NCBI GenBank assembly: GCA_045535075.1
Contig: JAZSKX010000018.1
Coordinates: 288,001 to 352,000, forward strand
Length of the DNA stretch: 64,000 bases
Direction: 5' to 3'
Origin: Candidatus Spyradenecus sp.
Lineage (GTDB): Bacteria > Verrucomicrobiota > Verrucomicrobiia > Opitutales > UBA953
Part shown: in pieces, positions 10,273-20,055 of the stretch
How the letters are laid out: the number at the start of each line of letters is the position of its first letter
How positions within the stretch are numbered: the stretch's first letter is position 1
Notes under the pieces: generated by a model
What the model was told of the DNA's origin: nothing
The model's input: only the letters and a program-made list of their open reading frames with translations
The model's database searches: none
Program-made: the position numbers and the translations under genes

Positions 10273-11118
10273 ATGAAAGCCTACTTAGACCTTCTTCGAA
10301 ACGTTCTCGAAAACGGCGAAGACCGTAGCGACCGCACCGGCGTGGGAACGCGCGGGATTTTCGGCGCGCAAATCCGTTTCGATTTGTCGAAAGGCTTTCC
10401 GCTCGTTACAACGAAAAAAGTCCACACGCGCTCCATCATTCAGGAACTGCTCTGGTTCATCGGCGGGCACACAAACAACGCGTGGCTGCGGGAACGCGGA
10501 GTTACGATTTGGGACGAATGGAGCACCGCCGAGCAATGCGCGCGCTTCGGGCGAGCCGAAGGCGACCTCGGTCCGATTTACGGGCACCAATGGCGCAATT
10601 TCGGGGCGACGAAAAATCCCGACGGTTCCTTCGCGCGCGACGGCGTTGACCAAATCTCCAATCTCATCGCCGAAATCAAGCGCAATCCCGCCTCGCGCCG
10701 CCTCATCGTTTCCGGCTGGAATCCCGGCGAAGCCGACAAAGTGGCGCTCCCGCCGTGCCACACGCTGTTTCAATTTTACGTCGGCGGGAACGGTAAACTG
10801 AGCTGCCAGCTCTACCAGCGCAGCGCGGATTTGTTCCTCGGCGTGCCGTTCAATATCGCGAGCTACGCGCTTTTTACGCACATGATCGCGCAGGTCTGCG
10901 GGCTCGGCGCCGGCGATTTCGTCCACACTTTCGGCGACGCACATATTTACAACAACCACTTCGAGCAGGTAAACCGCCAGCTTTCCCGCGAGCCGCGCGC
11001 GCTCCCGACCCTGAAGCTCAATCCGGACGTGCGCGATATTTTCGCGTTCCGCTACGAAGATATTTCCATCGAAAACTACGATCCGCATCCGGGCATCAAA
11101 GCCCCCGTCGCCGTGTAA
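10273..11118 (+). CDS. thyA: thymidylate synthase
   Basis: [37 protein letters not shown]. Confidence 0.97.
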   Translation: MKAYLDLLRNVLENGEDRSDRTGVGTRGIFGAQIRFDLSKGFPLVTTKKVHTRSIIQELLWFIGGHTNNAWLRERGVTIWDEWSTAEQCARFGRAEGDLGPIYGHQWRNFGATKNPDGSFARDGVDQISNLIAEIKRNPASRRLIVSGWNPGEADKVALPPCHTLFQFYVGGNGKLSCQLYQRSADLFLGVPFNIASYALFTHMIAQVCGLGAGDFVHTFGDAHIYNNHFEQVNRQLSREPRALPTLKLNPDVRDIFAFRYEDISIENYDPHPGIKAPVAV

Positions 11119-11124
11119 AAAAAC

Positions 11125-11221
11125 GAACCACTAATGAACACGAAGTAACACGAATTATCTTAATTTAAGAGAAGGCTACTTTCACAAAACATTCGTGAAA
11201 ATTCGTGTTTAGTCGTGGTTC
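11125..11221. repeat. imperfect ~30-bp inverted repeat built from CACGAA units (REP-like)
   Basis: AACCACTAATGAACACGAAGTAACACGAAT (11126-11155) vs ATTCGTGAAAATTCGTGTTTAGTCGTGGTT (11191-11220). Confidence 0.75.
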
Positions 11222-11231
11222 CCGTATTTTT

Positions 11232-11738
11232 ATGTCTGAGTTTCTGAAAATTTCCCGCCCGCTAACCGCTATCGCCGCGATGGCAAAAAACCGCGTTATC
11301 GGCAACGGGAACGCGATTCCCTGGCACGTTCCCGAGGATTTTAAATTTTTCAAGCAAACGACGATGGGCGGTATTTTGCTGATGGGACGCAAAACCTATG
11401 AATCCATCGGGCGACCGCTTCCCGGGCGCATCACCGCTGTGCTTTCCCGCGCCGGAAAACTGGCCGCGGGAACGCCGCCGAACGAAAATCTTCTCTGCAT
11501 TCGCGAGCTTACCGAACTCGAAAATATCGCGCCGGAACGCAAAATTTTTGTCGCCGGCGGCGCGGAAATTTACCGACAACTCCTGCCGCTTTGCTCAGAA
11601 CTTTTCCTTACAACAATCGACGCCAAGCCTGCCGGCGACGCGTTTTTCCCGCCGTTTGAAGAAGATTTCGACGCGGGAACGGAACTCCTTCGAGGCGAAA
11701 ATTTTGTTGTTCGAAAATACATTCACCTCAGACGATAA
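11232..11738 (+). CDS. folA: dihydrofolate reductase
   Basis: NRVIG...IPWHVPEDFKFFK...MGRKTYESIGRPLPGR...GGAEIY...GDAFFP. Confidence 0.95.
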   Translation: MSEFLKISRPLTAIAAMAKNRVIGNGNAIPWHVPEDFKFFKQTTMGGILLMGRKTYESIGRPLPGRITAVLSRAGKLAAGTPPNENLLCIRELTELENIAPERKIFVAGGAEIYRQLLPLCSELFLTTIDAKPAGDAFFPPFEEDFDAGTELLRGENFVVRKYIHLRR

Positions 11739-11759
11739 CACATTTCTTTCAATTTTTTC

Positions 11760-13799
11760 ATGCACCCAGACACCGCATTTCCGGCTCAATTCGAACAAGA
11801 GCAACTTCATCGAAAATACATTCGAACATTTCGCATCATTTTTTACATCGCACTCGGCGGCATTTTCGGACTTGCCTTTTTCTCCGACGGCGGGAACGAC
11901 GCCCGAACCCTGCCCTTTTTCCTTTTCGCCGGATTCGTTGCGCTAAGTTGCGAAATGCTGGCAACGGCAAAACGCTTGGGGCGCGGCGCTCTGCTGTCGG
12001 CGGGATTTCTTCTTTTTCTCCCGTGGTTTGTGTTGCAAGTTTTGGAAATCCTTTGGCTTTCGCCGTTCCCGGGCAATGCGGAACTTGCGCTCTGCACAAG
12101 CCTTGTTCCGTTTTCGCTCTTTTTCATCGCCCTGCACTGTAGCCGAAGTAACGGCGGACAAATGCGCCTGCTCGCGGGAACACTCATTTTTCTGCTTCTC
12201 GGAACAATCGCAGGAATCACTTATCAGATCAATCTCAGCGAAGATTTTTCGGGCTCGCTGGCAATGAAAATTTTCGCCGGCTATCTCTCCGACCCGGCAG
12301 CAGCCGGCGGCGTTGCGATTCTTATATTCTTTGCCTCGATTGTGCTTGTGCTCCGCCGAGGAACGGATTCCCGCAACCGCATGTTTGCGCTTTACACCGG
12401 ATTGCTTGCATTTTGTATGATTCTGCTGACGCGCAACACCGCCGTATGGCTGTCGGCTCTCGCGGGAACGGTAATTTTTGCAAGTCTCCAAGTCCATAAA
12501 AAGACGGTACGCGCAGCAACGATTATCCTGCTCGCCTGCGGAATCGCCGTTACTCCGATTTTTTCGGAAATGCCGTTTAAGACTCCGCCGGAAATCGCCG
12601 GCGTTCAAAAATCGGAAAGCTCAAAAACGGAACCTCTTCCCTCGCGTATCGAATTACAAAAAATCGCCCTTTCCGTTTTTTCGGACGCTCCGATTCTTGG
12701 TTCGGGAACCTCGTCTTTTTGTTCCGAATTCCGTCAAAAAGCGCCGCAGCAATGGCAAATTTCCCCTTCTACGAGCAACAATCTTTATACGTTCGTGCTT
12801 GCGGAAAACGGAATTGTCGGGTTTGTGCTCCTGTTCGTTCCCGCGGGATTCATTTTCCTCCGAGCGGTAAAAGTTTGCCTCGCGCTCCCGCGTGAAAAGC
12901 ACAGTAGTTCGTCCCCAAAAAACAACGATGAAAAGCTCCACAACGCCAACACGCGTTCGCTCCTGTCCGGTTTGCTCGGCGGCGTTACCGCGATTGCGAT
13001 CCTCGTCGCACAGGATTTTTCGCCGAGTTTTCTTCCCGTCATTTTGGGCGTATCTGTTTTCGGCGGAATTATAATGCACGAAAGTGCACCGTCGCGATTC
13101 GCTCGCGTTTGTATTTGTAGCGGGAAACGCCGCAAAGTCGCCTTCGCGTCGGCGATTCTTCTCCCCGCCGGGATTTTTGCGCTGGCGCTTCCCGCGACCT
13201 ACAGCGCAGCGCAATGTGATGTCGGCAAACGAGCCATCGCTCCCTTCCTTCAAAATTTCTACGGGAACGCCAATTCGGAAACCGAATATTTCGAACCGCA
13301 AAAAATAGAAGCACACTTTCTCGCTGCAATATCCGCGCATCCGAAAAATGCGGAAGCGCGTATCGAGCTCGCGCGCCTTTACATTCTTTCCGCTTACGTC
13401 GCTCCGGAATCCATTCCCGCACTTGCGCAAGCCATGAACGATGTAACTCAGAAAGCGATTGCCGCCGCTCCGGAACTCGCGGAAGCTTATCTTTACAACG
13501 CGATAGCAAGAATCCTCCTCGGCGAAAAAGATGCCGCCCGCGAAGCGCTTGACCGGGCAGAAAAGCTGGCGCCGAACGATCTTCCGCTTCTCTTCCAAAT
13601 CGCGGAAGCACACAGGATGCTTTCGCCGCAAAAAACACCTCCGAAAGCAATTTTAGAACATATTACACAAATCGCTCCCGCGTCTCCGCGAGTCCGGCAA
13701 ATGAACTCAATTGTCGATTTAACCTCGCAAAGTCAGGACTCAAAAACGAAAAAACCGGAAGAACCGGACGCGTCTCTTCAGTCGCTTTTCGAAATTTAA
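11760..13799 (+). CDS. O-antigen ligase (Wzy_C)-family polytopic membrane protein with C-terminal TPR-like repeats
   Basis: Many TMs; R...PILGSG.SSF...LAENGIVG; helical TPR-like C-terminus. Confidence 0.7.
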   Translation: MHPDTAFPAQFEQEQLHRKYIRTFRIIFYIALGGIFGLAFFSDGGNDARTLPFFLFAGFVALSCEMLATAKRLGRGALLSAGFLLFLPWFVLQVLEILWLSPFPGNAELALCTSLVPFSLFFIALHCSRSNGGQMRLLAGTLIFLLLGTIAGITYQINLSEDFSGSLAMKIFAGYLSDPAAAGGVAILIFFASIVLVLRRGTDSRNRMFALYTGLLAFCMILLTRNTAVWLSALAGTVIFASLQVHKKTVRAATIILLACGIAVTPIFSEMPFKTPPEIAGVQKSESSKTEPLPSRIELQKIALSVFSDAPILGSGTSSFCSEFRQKAPQQWQISPSTSNNLYTFVLAENGIVGFVLLFVPAGFIFLRAVKVCLALPREKHSSSSPKNNDEKLHNANTRSLLSGLLGGVTAIAILVAQDFSPSFLPVILGVSVFGGIIMHESAPSRFARVCICSGKRRKVAFASAILLPAGIFALALPATYSAAQCDVGKRAIAPFLQNFYGNANSETEYFEPQKIEAHFLAAISAHPKNAEARIELARLYILSAYVAPESIPALAQAMNDVTQKAIAAAPELAEAYLYNAIARILLGEKDAAREALDRAEKLAPNDLPLLFQIAEAHRMLSPQKTPPKAILEHITQIAPASPRVRQMNSIVDLTSQSQDSKTKKPEEPDASLQSLFEI

Positions 13800-13811
13800 C
13801 GCTACAGAGTT

Positions 13812-14051
13812 ATGGACGAAACAAAAGCCAAAACACTGAAAATCAATCTCCGCGTTACAGCCAAGATCGCCGGCGGAATTATTTTTGCCGCTCTTGCGTT
13901 TTTTGTCGCATTCCGAATCGGGCTCCCCGGCAAAACGGAACCGTCCGCTTACGCCGACACTTCCGCCGCGAGCGAAACCAATAAGACAGGAACGCTACTT
14001 CCGCCGCCGCCTTTTGCCGGCAATCCGCCGCTTTCGTCGATGAAAAGATAA
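13812..14051 (+). CDS. small single-TM hypothetical protein
   Basis: Fills the gap in a co-directional run; one TM and a Pro-rich tail. Confidence 0.55.
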   Translation: MDETKAKTLKINLRVTAKIAGGIIFAALAFFVAFRIGLPGKTEPSAYADTSAASETNKTGTLLPPPPFAGNPPLSSMKR

Positions 14052-14060
14052 AATGCTCCG

Positions 14061-14927
14061 ATGATGCCGTCGAAGAAAATTATTTTGGGAACGCGACAAA
14101 GTCCGCTCGCGCTCGCACAAACGGAACTCGCACGGGAACGCCTGCAAGCCCGCTTCCCCGAAGCAGAAATCACCGTCCGCAAGTTTATTACACAAGGAGA
14201 TAAAAAACTTGAGTGGTCGCTTGAGAAAAGCGGCGGTAAAGGACTTTTTACAAGTGAACTCGAAGCCGCCCTCGTCGCAGGAGAAATCGATATCGCCGTT
14301 CACAGCGGGAAAGATTTGCCGACAACGATGGGCGACGGGCTTTGCGTTGCCGGGTGCCTCCCGCGGGAACGCGCCAACGACATTCTCGTCGTCCGTAGCG
14401 GGATTGACGTTCCCGCGAGCATCGCGAGTGGTTCGCCGCGCCGCCGCGCACAAGCCGCCAAGCTTTTCCCGCAAGCGAGCTTCCGTGAATTGCGCGGGAA
14501 CGTCCGCACGCGCTTACAGAAAATTGCCGACGGGATTGCCGATGCGACATTTCTTGCCGCCGCCGGGCTCAGCCGATTGGGTATCGCCGCGTTTCCGGGA
14601 CTCGAATTCCGCGAAATGCCGCTTGAGCAATTCGTTCCCGCCGCAGCACAAGCCGCAATCGCGTTGCAATGCCGTAGCGAGGATGCCGCTGTTTTCTCCT
14701 CGGTTTGCGATGATGCGACAACACAGGCATTTAATATTGAACGTGCATTTTTGGAATCCCTCGGGGAAGGTTGCCACACGGCATTTGCCGTTCACTACGC
14801 CGACGAACGCCTGCTGATTTTTCGCGAAGACATCGGGTTTATCTCCGAACGGCAAAGCTTCCCGCAGGATTTGCCGGGAATCCGAAAAAAAGTTTCTCAA
14901 ATCCTTTCTCAAATTTTAAACCGCTAA
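14061..14927 (+). CDS. hemC: hydroxymethylbilane synthase
   Basis: GTRQSPLALAQ, GGKGLFTSELE, AVHSGKDLP, RGNVRTRL, cofactor Cys in GEGCH. Confidence 0.95.
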   Translation: MMPSKKIILGTRQSPLALAQTELARERLQARFPEAEITVRKFITQGDKKLEWSLEKSGGKGLFTSELEAALVAGEIDIAVHSGKDLPTTMGDGLCVAGCLPRERANDILVVRSGIDVPASIASGSPRRRAQAAKLFPQASFRELRGNVRTRLQKIADGIADATFLAAAGLSRLGIAAFPGLEFREMPLEQFVPAAAQAAIALQCRSEDAAVFSSVCDDATTQAFNIERAFLESLGEGCHTAFAVHYADERLLIFREDIGFISERQSFPQDLPGIRKKVSQILSQILNR

Positions 14928-14930
14928 GTT

Positions 14931-15725
14931 ATGAAAAAAAATTCCGCTCCGCTACAAGGTAAGCGCATCGTTATTACGCGCCCGAAAGAACAAAACGCCG
15001 AACTGCGCGATCTCCTCGTCGCCCAAGGCGCAACGGTGCTCGAGATGCCGCTAATCGAAATTCGTTTCCCCGAACAAAACGAAGAAGTCGTCCCCGAAAT
15101 TTTAGGCGGATTCGGCGAATACGATTGGTTGGTCTTTACAAGCGTAAACGGCGTTCGCGGATTCTTTGCTCATTTCTTCGCCCGCTATAAGGACTTGCGC
15201 TCGCTCGGCCCGTGCCGCATCGCCTGCGTCGGCCCCGCGACCGCACACGCCGTTGAGGCGCTTCACCTCGAAGTCGATTGCGTTCCCGAAACACATACCG
15301 GCGAAGCACTCGCGGACAAACTGCTTAACGACCACGGCGTTGAAAATCAAAAAATCTGCGTCGTCACGGGAAATCGTAATTCTGACGTATTACCCAAAAA
15401 ACTCGAAACCATCGGACGCGCAATCGTCGATACATTTCCGGTTTATGCGACAGACGACGCCGATGTTTCCGCCCAAAGCGCCGCAGAAGATTTCCGTGAA
15501 AACGGCGCGCACGCCATCGTTTTTGCAAGTGCGTCGTCCGTCAAATCCTTTGTCGCCCAAGCAGCCGCGCTCGCTCTGCAAAAAGATGCCGTCCGCCCGC
15601 AAGTTGTCGCCATCGGCACTCCGACCGCATCCGAATTGCGTTCTGCTGCCATTCCCGTCGCGGGAACGGCTACTGCCGCTACGCCCGCCGCGATCGTCGA
15701 AACCATCTTGCAAATTTTCGCATAA
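14931..15725 (+). CDS. hemD: uroporphyrinogen-III synthase
   Basis: VITRP, WLVFTSVNGV, ACVGPATA, FASASSV. Confidence 0.92.
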   Translation: MKKNSAPLQGKRIVITRPKEQNAELRDLLVAQGATVLEMPLIEIRFPEQNEEVVPEILGGFGEYDWLVFTSVNGVRGFFAHFFARYKDLRSLGPCRIACVGPATAHAVEALHLEVDCVPETHTGEALADKLLNDHGVENQKICVVTGNRNSDVLPKKLETIGRAIVDTFPVYATDDADVSAQSAAEDFRENGAHAIVFASASSVKSFVAQAAALALQKDAVRPQVVAIGTPTASELRSAAIPVAGTATAATPAAIVETILQIFA

Positions 15726-15773
15726 TCTTTGACCATTTCACTCAATCGCAATTAACCCCAACACATTAAACCC

Positions 15774-16142
15774 ATGCTAAAAAAACACATTAAGAAATTC
15801 AGTGCCATCATCGCATCTCTCTCGGTCCTCTTTGTTGCCGGATGCGGAGATTCCCCGGAAGATGTTGCCCAAAAATACATAGATGCGCTCGTTAAAGGAG
15901 ACCTCGCTGCCATGAACGAAGTTTCTACGGCAAAGACGGCGCAGCTGAACGGTTTTCTTATCGCCGCAATGGAAAACGACCCTAAGAAAGAGCAAAAGAA
16001 AAAAGAATTGGAAGCCGAACTGAGCAATATTTCCAAAGTCGAAATTAACGGTGATTCGGCAGATGTTTATTTTGGCGACGGCAAGCCGATAACGCTGAAA
16101 AAAGTGGACGGCGAATGGAAGGTGGACGTTAAGAAAAACTAG
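15774..16142 (+). CDS. lipoprotein (DUF4878-like)
   Basis: Lipobox VAGC; SPEDVAQKY...LKKVDGEWKV. Confidence 0.75.
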   Translation: MLKKHIKKFSAIIASLSVLFVAGCGDSPEDVAQKYIDALVKGDLAAMNEVSTAKTAQLNGFLIAAMENDPKKEQKKKELEAELSNISKVEINGDSADVYFGDGKPITLKKVDGEWKVDVKKN

Positions 16143-16154
16143 AATCTTCCTCAC

Positions 16155-16187
16155 GGGAACTCGCATACGCGGGTTCCCTTTTTCTTT
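16155..16187 (+). terminator. intrinsic terminator whose stem contains the abundant motif
   Basis: GGGAACTCGC-ATAC-GCGGGTTCCC followed by TTTTTCTTT. Confidence 0.75.
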
Positions 16188-16202
16188 CCCGTATAAATAT
16201 CC

Positions 16203-16841
16203 ATGCCGCGTATGCGCCATAAAAAAATGCTTTTGAGCCTGAGCATCGCGGCAATTTTGAGCGTCGCGGCGGTTTGGTTTTGTATGGAAGACGAAAACAC
16301 GGATGACTCAAACCACTCAATCAACACTCCGGAAATTTTGCACTCCCTAAGCAAAATTCCTTTAAAAAGCGGGGATCTAATCCTGCGCCACGGGAACGGG
16401 ATTTGGTCGAATCTCATCCGCGAGAAAAATTTTTCGGACAAGCGATTCTCCCACATCGGAATTCTCGTGAAAGAAAACGGAAATCTATTCGTTGTGCACG
16501 CCGATTGCGACGCAGTCGGGAACGGAAGCGTGAGAAAAGATTATTTGGAAGATTTTTTGAAAAATACGCACAGAATCGGGATTTTTCGCCTGAAAACAGC
16601 CGACTCTGATATGGCGGTAAAGATCGCAACGTCGTTTGTCGGAGTCGCGTTCGACCGCAAATTCAAGCTCGACGACTCAAGTGAGCTTTATTGTTCAGAG
16701 CTTATTTATCTTGCGATGAAAAATACGTTCCCGCGTTTTACCCCTAAAACAATCGAGCTCTGCGGACAAAAAATAATTCCGGTTGACGCGCTTGTTTCTG
16801 CTGAGTACACCGTCGAATTGTTTGATTCCGGCGCAAAATAA
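16203..16841 (+). CDS. permuted papain-like NlpC/P60 amidase (YiiX/YebB-like)
   Basis: [23 protein letters not shown]-terminal TM. Start may be 16227. Confidence 0.8.
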   Translation: MPRMRHKKMLLSLSIAAILSVAAVWFCMEDENTDDSNHSINTPEILHSLSKIPLKSGDLILRHGNGIWSNLIREKNFSDKRFSHIGILVKENGNLFVVHADCDAVGNGSVRKDYLEDFLKNTHRIGIFRLKTADSDMAVKIATSFVGVAFDRKFKLDDSSELYCSELIYLAMKNTFPRFTPKTIELCGQKIIPVDALVSAEYTVELFDSGAK

Positions 16842-16894
16842 ATTGCCAAAAGCCTCAGAAAAGCGTTTCCTTGCGGGAACGCATTTTTCAAACC

Positions 16895-18271
16895 ATGAGT
16901 GAAGTTCGCACACGTTTTGCACCGAGCCCGACGGGCTTTTTTCACATCGGAAGCGCACGCACCGCGCTCTTTAACTGGCTTTACGCCCGCGCCACGGGCG
17001 GAACGTTCGTTTTGCGTATCGAAGACACCGACAAGGAGCGCAACACGCAGGAATTTCTCGACGTCATTCTCGAATCCATGCGCTGGCTCGGAATGGACTG
17101 GGACGAAGGTCCGCAAGTCGGCGGCGACTACGGTCCGTATTTCCAATCGCAGCGTAGCGATTTTTACAAACAGAAAGTCCGGGAACTCATGGACAAAGGG
17201 CGCGCCTACGAAAAGGACGGTGCGATTTGGTTCCGTCTCGAAGGCGAACGCGAAACCGTTTATGACGATTTTCTGAAAAAAGAATACGAACGCGTTCACG
17301 CCGCGCCGGTCATTATCGACGACATTATCCGCGGGCGCGTCGAACGCGCCGAAGACCGCGACTTCGTCATCGTGCGCGGGAACGGCGAACCCGTTTTCCA
17401 CCTCGTGAACGTCGTTGACGACATTGCGATGAAAATCACGCATGTCATTCGCGGCGAAGACCATCTTTCCAACACGAGTAAACACGTTGAGCTCTACAAG
17501 GCTTTCGGCGTGGAGCCGCCGAAATTCGCGCACATTCCGCTGATTTTGAAAACGGAAGGCTCGGGCAAAATGTCCAAACGCGACCGCGGCGCGCTCATCG
17601 AAGAATATCAGTCGCGCCACTTCCTGCCCGCCGCCGTGCGCAACTTCCTTTGCATGCTCGGCTGGACGCCGAAGGACGGGCGGGAAATTCTCCCGATTGA
17701 GGACATTATCGCGCAGTTTGACCTTGCCGACGTGCATCAGGCAAACGCGCGTTTTGACGAACGCAAAATGGCGTTTTTCAATCAGGAATATCTGCGCGCG
17801 CTTCCGGACGAATCTTTCGCGTGGCTCGCCGCTCCCGTGCTCGGCGAAGCAAAAGTTATCGACGACAAAACGGACGAAGATTATCTGCAAAAAGTCCTCG
17901 CGCTGTGCAAGCCGAAGATGAACGCACTCGATACGCTCCCGAACTTTGTCGGCTACTTTTTCACGGAAGATTTCCCGATTGACGAAAAGGCACTCGCCAA
18001 ACAAAGCAAACGCGGCGATCCCGCGGCGCGTTGCCGCGAACTCGTTCCCGCGCTCGAAGCGGCGGCGGACGTCGCTCCCGCGACGATTGACGCGCTTTTT
18101 GAAAAGCTCGGCGCGGAAAACGGCGTGAAGCCGACGGATTACTTTGCGCCGATGCGCCTCGCCGTTTCCGGGCAGGCGGGCGGGCCCGGCTTGCACGAAT
18201 TGCTTGAGCTTCTCGGCAAGGAACGCGTGCTTTCCCGCATCAAAAAATTCGTCGAAAAATTCGCGAAATAA
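16895..18271 (+). CDS. gltX: glutamate-tRNA ligase
   Basis: [29 protein letters not shown]. Confidence 0.96.
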   Translation: MSEVRTRFAPSPTGFFHIGSARTALFNWLYARATGGTFVLRIEDTDKERNTQEFLDVILESMRWLGMDWDEGPQVGGDYGPYFQSQRSDFYKQKVRELMDKGRAYEKDGAIWFRLEGERETVYDDFLKKEYERVHAAPVIIDDIIRGRVERAEDRDFVIVRGNGEPVFHLVNVVDDIAMKITHVIRGEDHLSNTSKHVELYKAFGVEPPKFAHIPLILKTEGSGKMSKRDRGALIEEYQSRHFLPAAVRNFLCMLGWTPKDGREILPIEDIIAQFDLADVHQANARFDERKMAFFNQEYLRALPDESFAWLAAPVLGEAKVIDDKTDEDYLQKVLALCKPKMNALDTLPNFVGYFFTEDFPIDEKALAKQSKRGDPAARCRELVPALEAAADVAPATIDALFEKLGAENGVKPTDYFAPMRLAVSGQAGGPGLHELLELLGKERVLSRIKKFVEKFAK

Positions 18272-18347
18272 TTTTGAACAAAAAGAAATGCGTTTTACGC
18301 TTTCTTTATGTTTTCAGAGTGTTAGTTAGATAGAGTTAGTAGAGATT

Positions 18348-18385
18348 GGCGGGCGGTTCCCAAAGGAATCGCCCGTTTTATTTAT
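18348..18385. terminator. terminator hairpin between convergent gltX and DUF3857 gene
   Basis: GGCGGGCGGTTCC-CAAA-GGAATCGCCCGTT followed by T-rich sequence. Confidence 0.7.
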
Positions 18386-20037
18386 TTCGCCTTCGGAATC
18401 TCGACCGGTTCCGAAACGTTCTCGACAAAAAGCAGTCGGTTGTTTTCCGGCTCAAACCATGCTCGCATCAGGGTTCGAAATTCCGGATATTCCTCCGGAG
18501 TAATTTCCGTTTTCGTCAAATTTAAATGCTTGCGCACTCCCACCCACGCGCCGTCTTTTGTAACGTGAAACTGTACGCATCCGACAGAATTTTTCACTTC
18601 CGACAATCCCGGCATTTCTGCCAAAGCCCACCCCTCGGGAATTTGAATTGTGTAAACATAATTTTCGGAGAACGTTGTTCCCGTGGCAGGAATCCTCAGA
18701 TTCGCCTTCCTTTTTTCGGGAAGCGTTTCAAAATCCGTCGACGCAATTCCCTGCTTCGCGACGGGAACGCGCCAAAGCCACGTTCCGCTCCGAGGCGAGA
18801 ACTCGCGGCTGCATTCAAGGAGCAAAACTTTTTCGGGAAGCCACCGGCATTTATTACTCACCGGCTCGGACGCAATCAGTTGCTTCGCAACGCTGTCCGC
18901 ATTTTCCCGAATATCCGCACCGTCGAATTCTGCGGTTCCGCGGATTATTTCTTTTCCGTTCACAATCTCGCAACGCGCAGCAAGAGAAATTTTCTGTAGA
19001 ATATTTTCTTTCGGAACAACAGAAATGCGCTCCCCGGAAATCGACTCAATCCAAAACTCGTCGTCTTTCGGCGAATGAATAATTTTAAAGTCGTTCCCGA
19101 GACTTTCCGAAAGCATCGCCCAAAGCAAGCGCGCTTTTTCGTGAGGAGTCCCGTAAGCGGATTTTAAGACAGCGTCGGGCTCCCGCAAATCGCTTTCCAA
19201 AAGTAAAGTGCTCGGAATCGGAATGTTCGCAATTTGATCTCGAACAAAGCGAATAATCGCCGCCTTTTTCTCATCGTCCGACATCTCCTCGTCAAGCAAA
19301 AGACTTAACGCCAGTTTTGCTTCCGCTCCGAGTCTGACATTCTCGGTCGAACCAAAATCCCGCAAAGTCGCCGCCGGCATTCCCGGATAAATCACGGGAA
19401 CGGTTTTCTCCGCCGTAAAGTATTTTTCACGGGAACGCGCCGGCACATCAAAATATTCCGTAGACGAACCGTTGAAATTCATCACGAGGCGTTCGCACGG
19501 AAGCGGCATGTCCGCATATTCGTCAAAAACCATATTGCAGGTTGCGTCGGAGAAGACGGAATAATCGAGGAAGATCGTCGCTCCGGGTTCGAGCGCCGTA
19601 TGCGTTATAACGAGCTCCCGCAAAAAATTAAATGCCGGAGCATCAGCAGCGCAACGCGGCAAAACGGTATTAAACGCGTTTTCGGGAACATCGACGCGAG
19701 TACTGCCATCCGCCATAATCGTATATGCGGCATTGATCTTTATTCGCTGAAATTTCGGGTTATAAACAATAAATGTTTCCCCGCAAACTTCGTTCATTGC
19801 AAAAAGCGTATTTATGCGTAATTCCGTTTTTTGGCGAAACTCACAAGCCCCGTTTGCCTCAAAGAAATAATTTTTTTCAACGTTTTTATAAATGGCTTCG
19901 GGGACATCAGCACTCGGAAAGTTTTTCAAAATAATTCCTCCCGACGATTCGATTTCCGATTTTTCCTGAGCACAAAGCACTGCGGAAACGCCGACAAGCG
20001 CAAGCAAAGACAAAAAAGTTTTCCCGACAATATTCAT
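18382..20037 (-). CDS. secreted DUF3857/transglutaminase-like protein, probably non-catalytic
   Basis: Signal peptide; GETFIVYNP..VPENAFN..ELVITHTALE; YGTPHEKA where Cys is expected; C-terminal VKNSVG...ITPEEYPEFR. Confidence 0.7.
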   Translation of the reverse strand: MNIVGKTFLSLLALVGVSAVLCAQEKSEIESSGGIILKNFPSADVPEAIYKNVEKNYFFEANGACEFRQKTELRINTLFAMNEVCGETFIVYNPKFQRIKINAAYTIMADGSTRVDVPENAFNTVLPRCAADAPAFNFLRELVITHTALEPGATIFLDYSVFSDATCNMVFDEYADMPLPCERLVMNFNGSSTEYFDVPARSREKYFTAEKTVPVIYPGMPAATLRDFGSTENVRLGAEAKLALSLLLDEEMSDDEKKAAIIRFVRDQIANIPIPSTLLLESDLREPDAVLKSAYGTPHEKARLLWAMLSESLGNDFKIIHSPKDDEFWIESISGERISVVPKENILQKISLAARCEIVNGKEIIRGTAEFDGADIRENADSVAKQLIASEPVSNKCRWLPEKVLLLECSREFSPRSGTWLWRVPVAKQGIASTDFETLPEKRKANLRIPATGTTFSENYVYTIQIPEGWALAEMPGLSEVKNSVGCVQFHVTKDGAWVGVRKHLNLTKTEITPEEYPEFRTLMRAWFEPENNRLLFVENVSEPVEIPKAK

Positions 20038-20055
20038 GGATAAAAATTTAATTTG

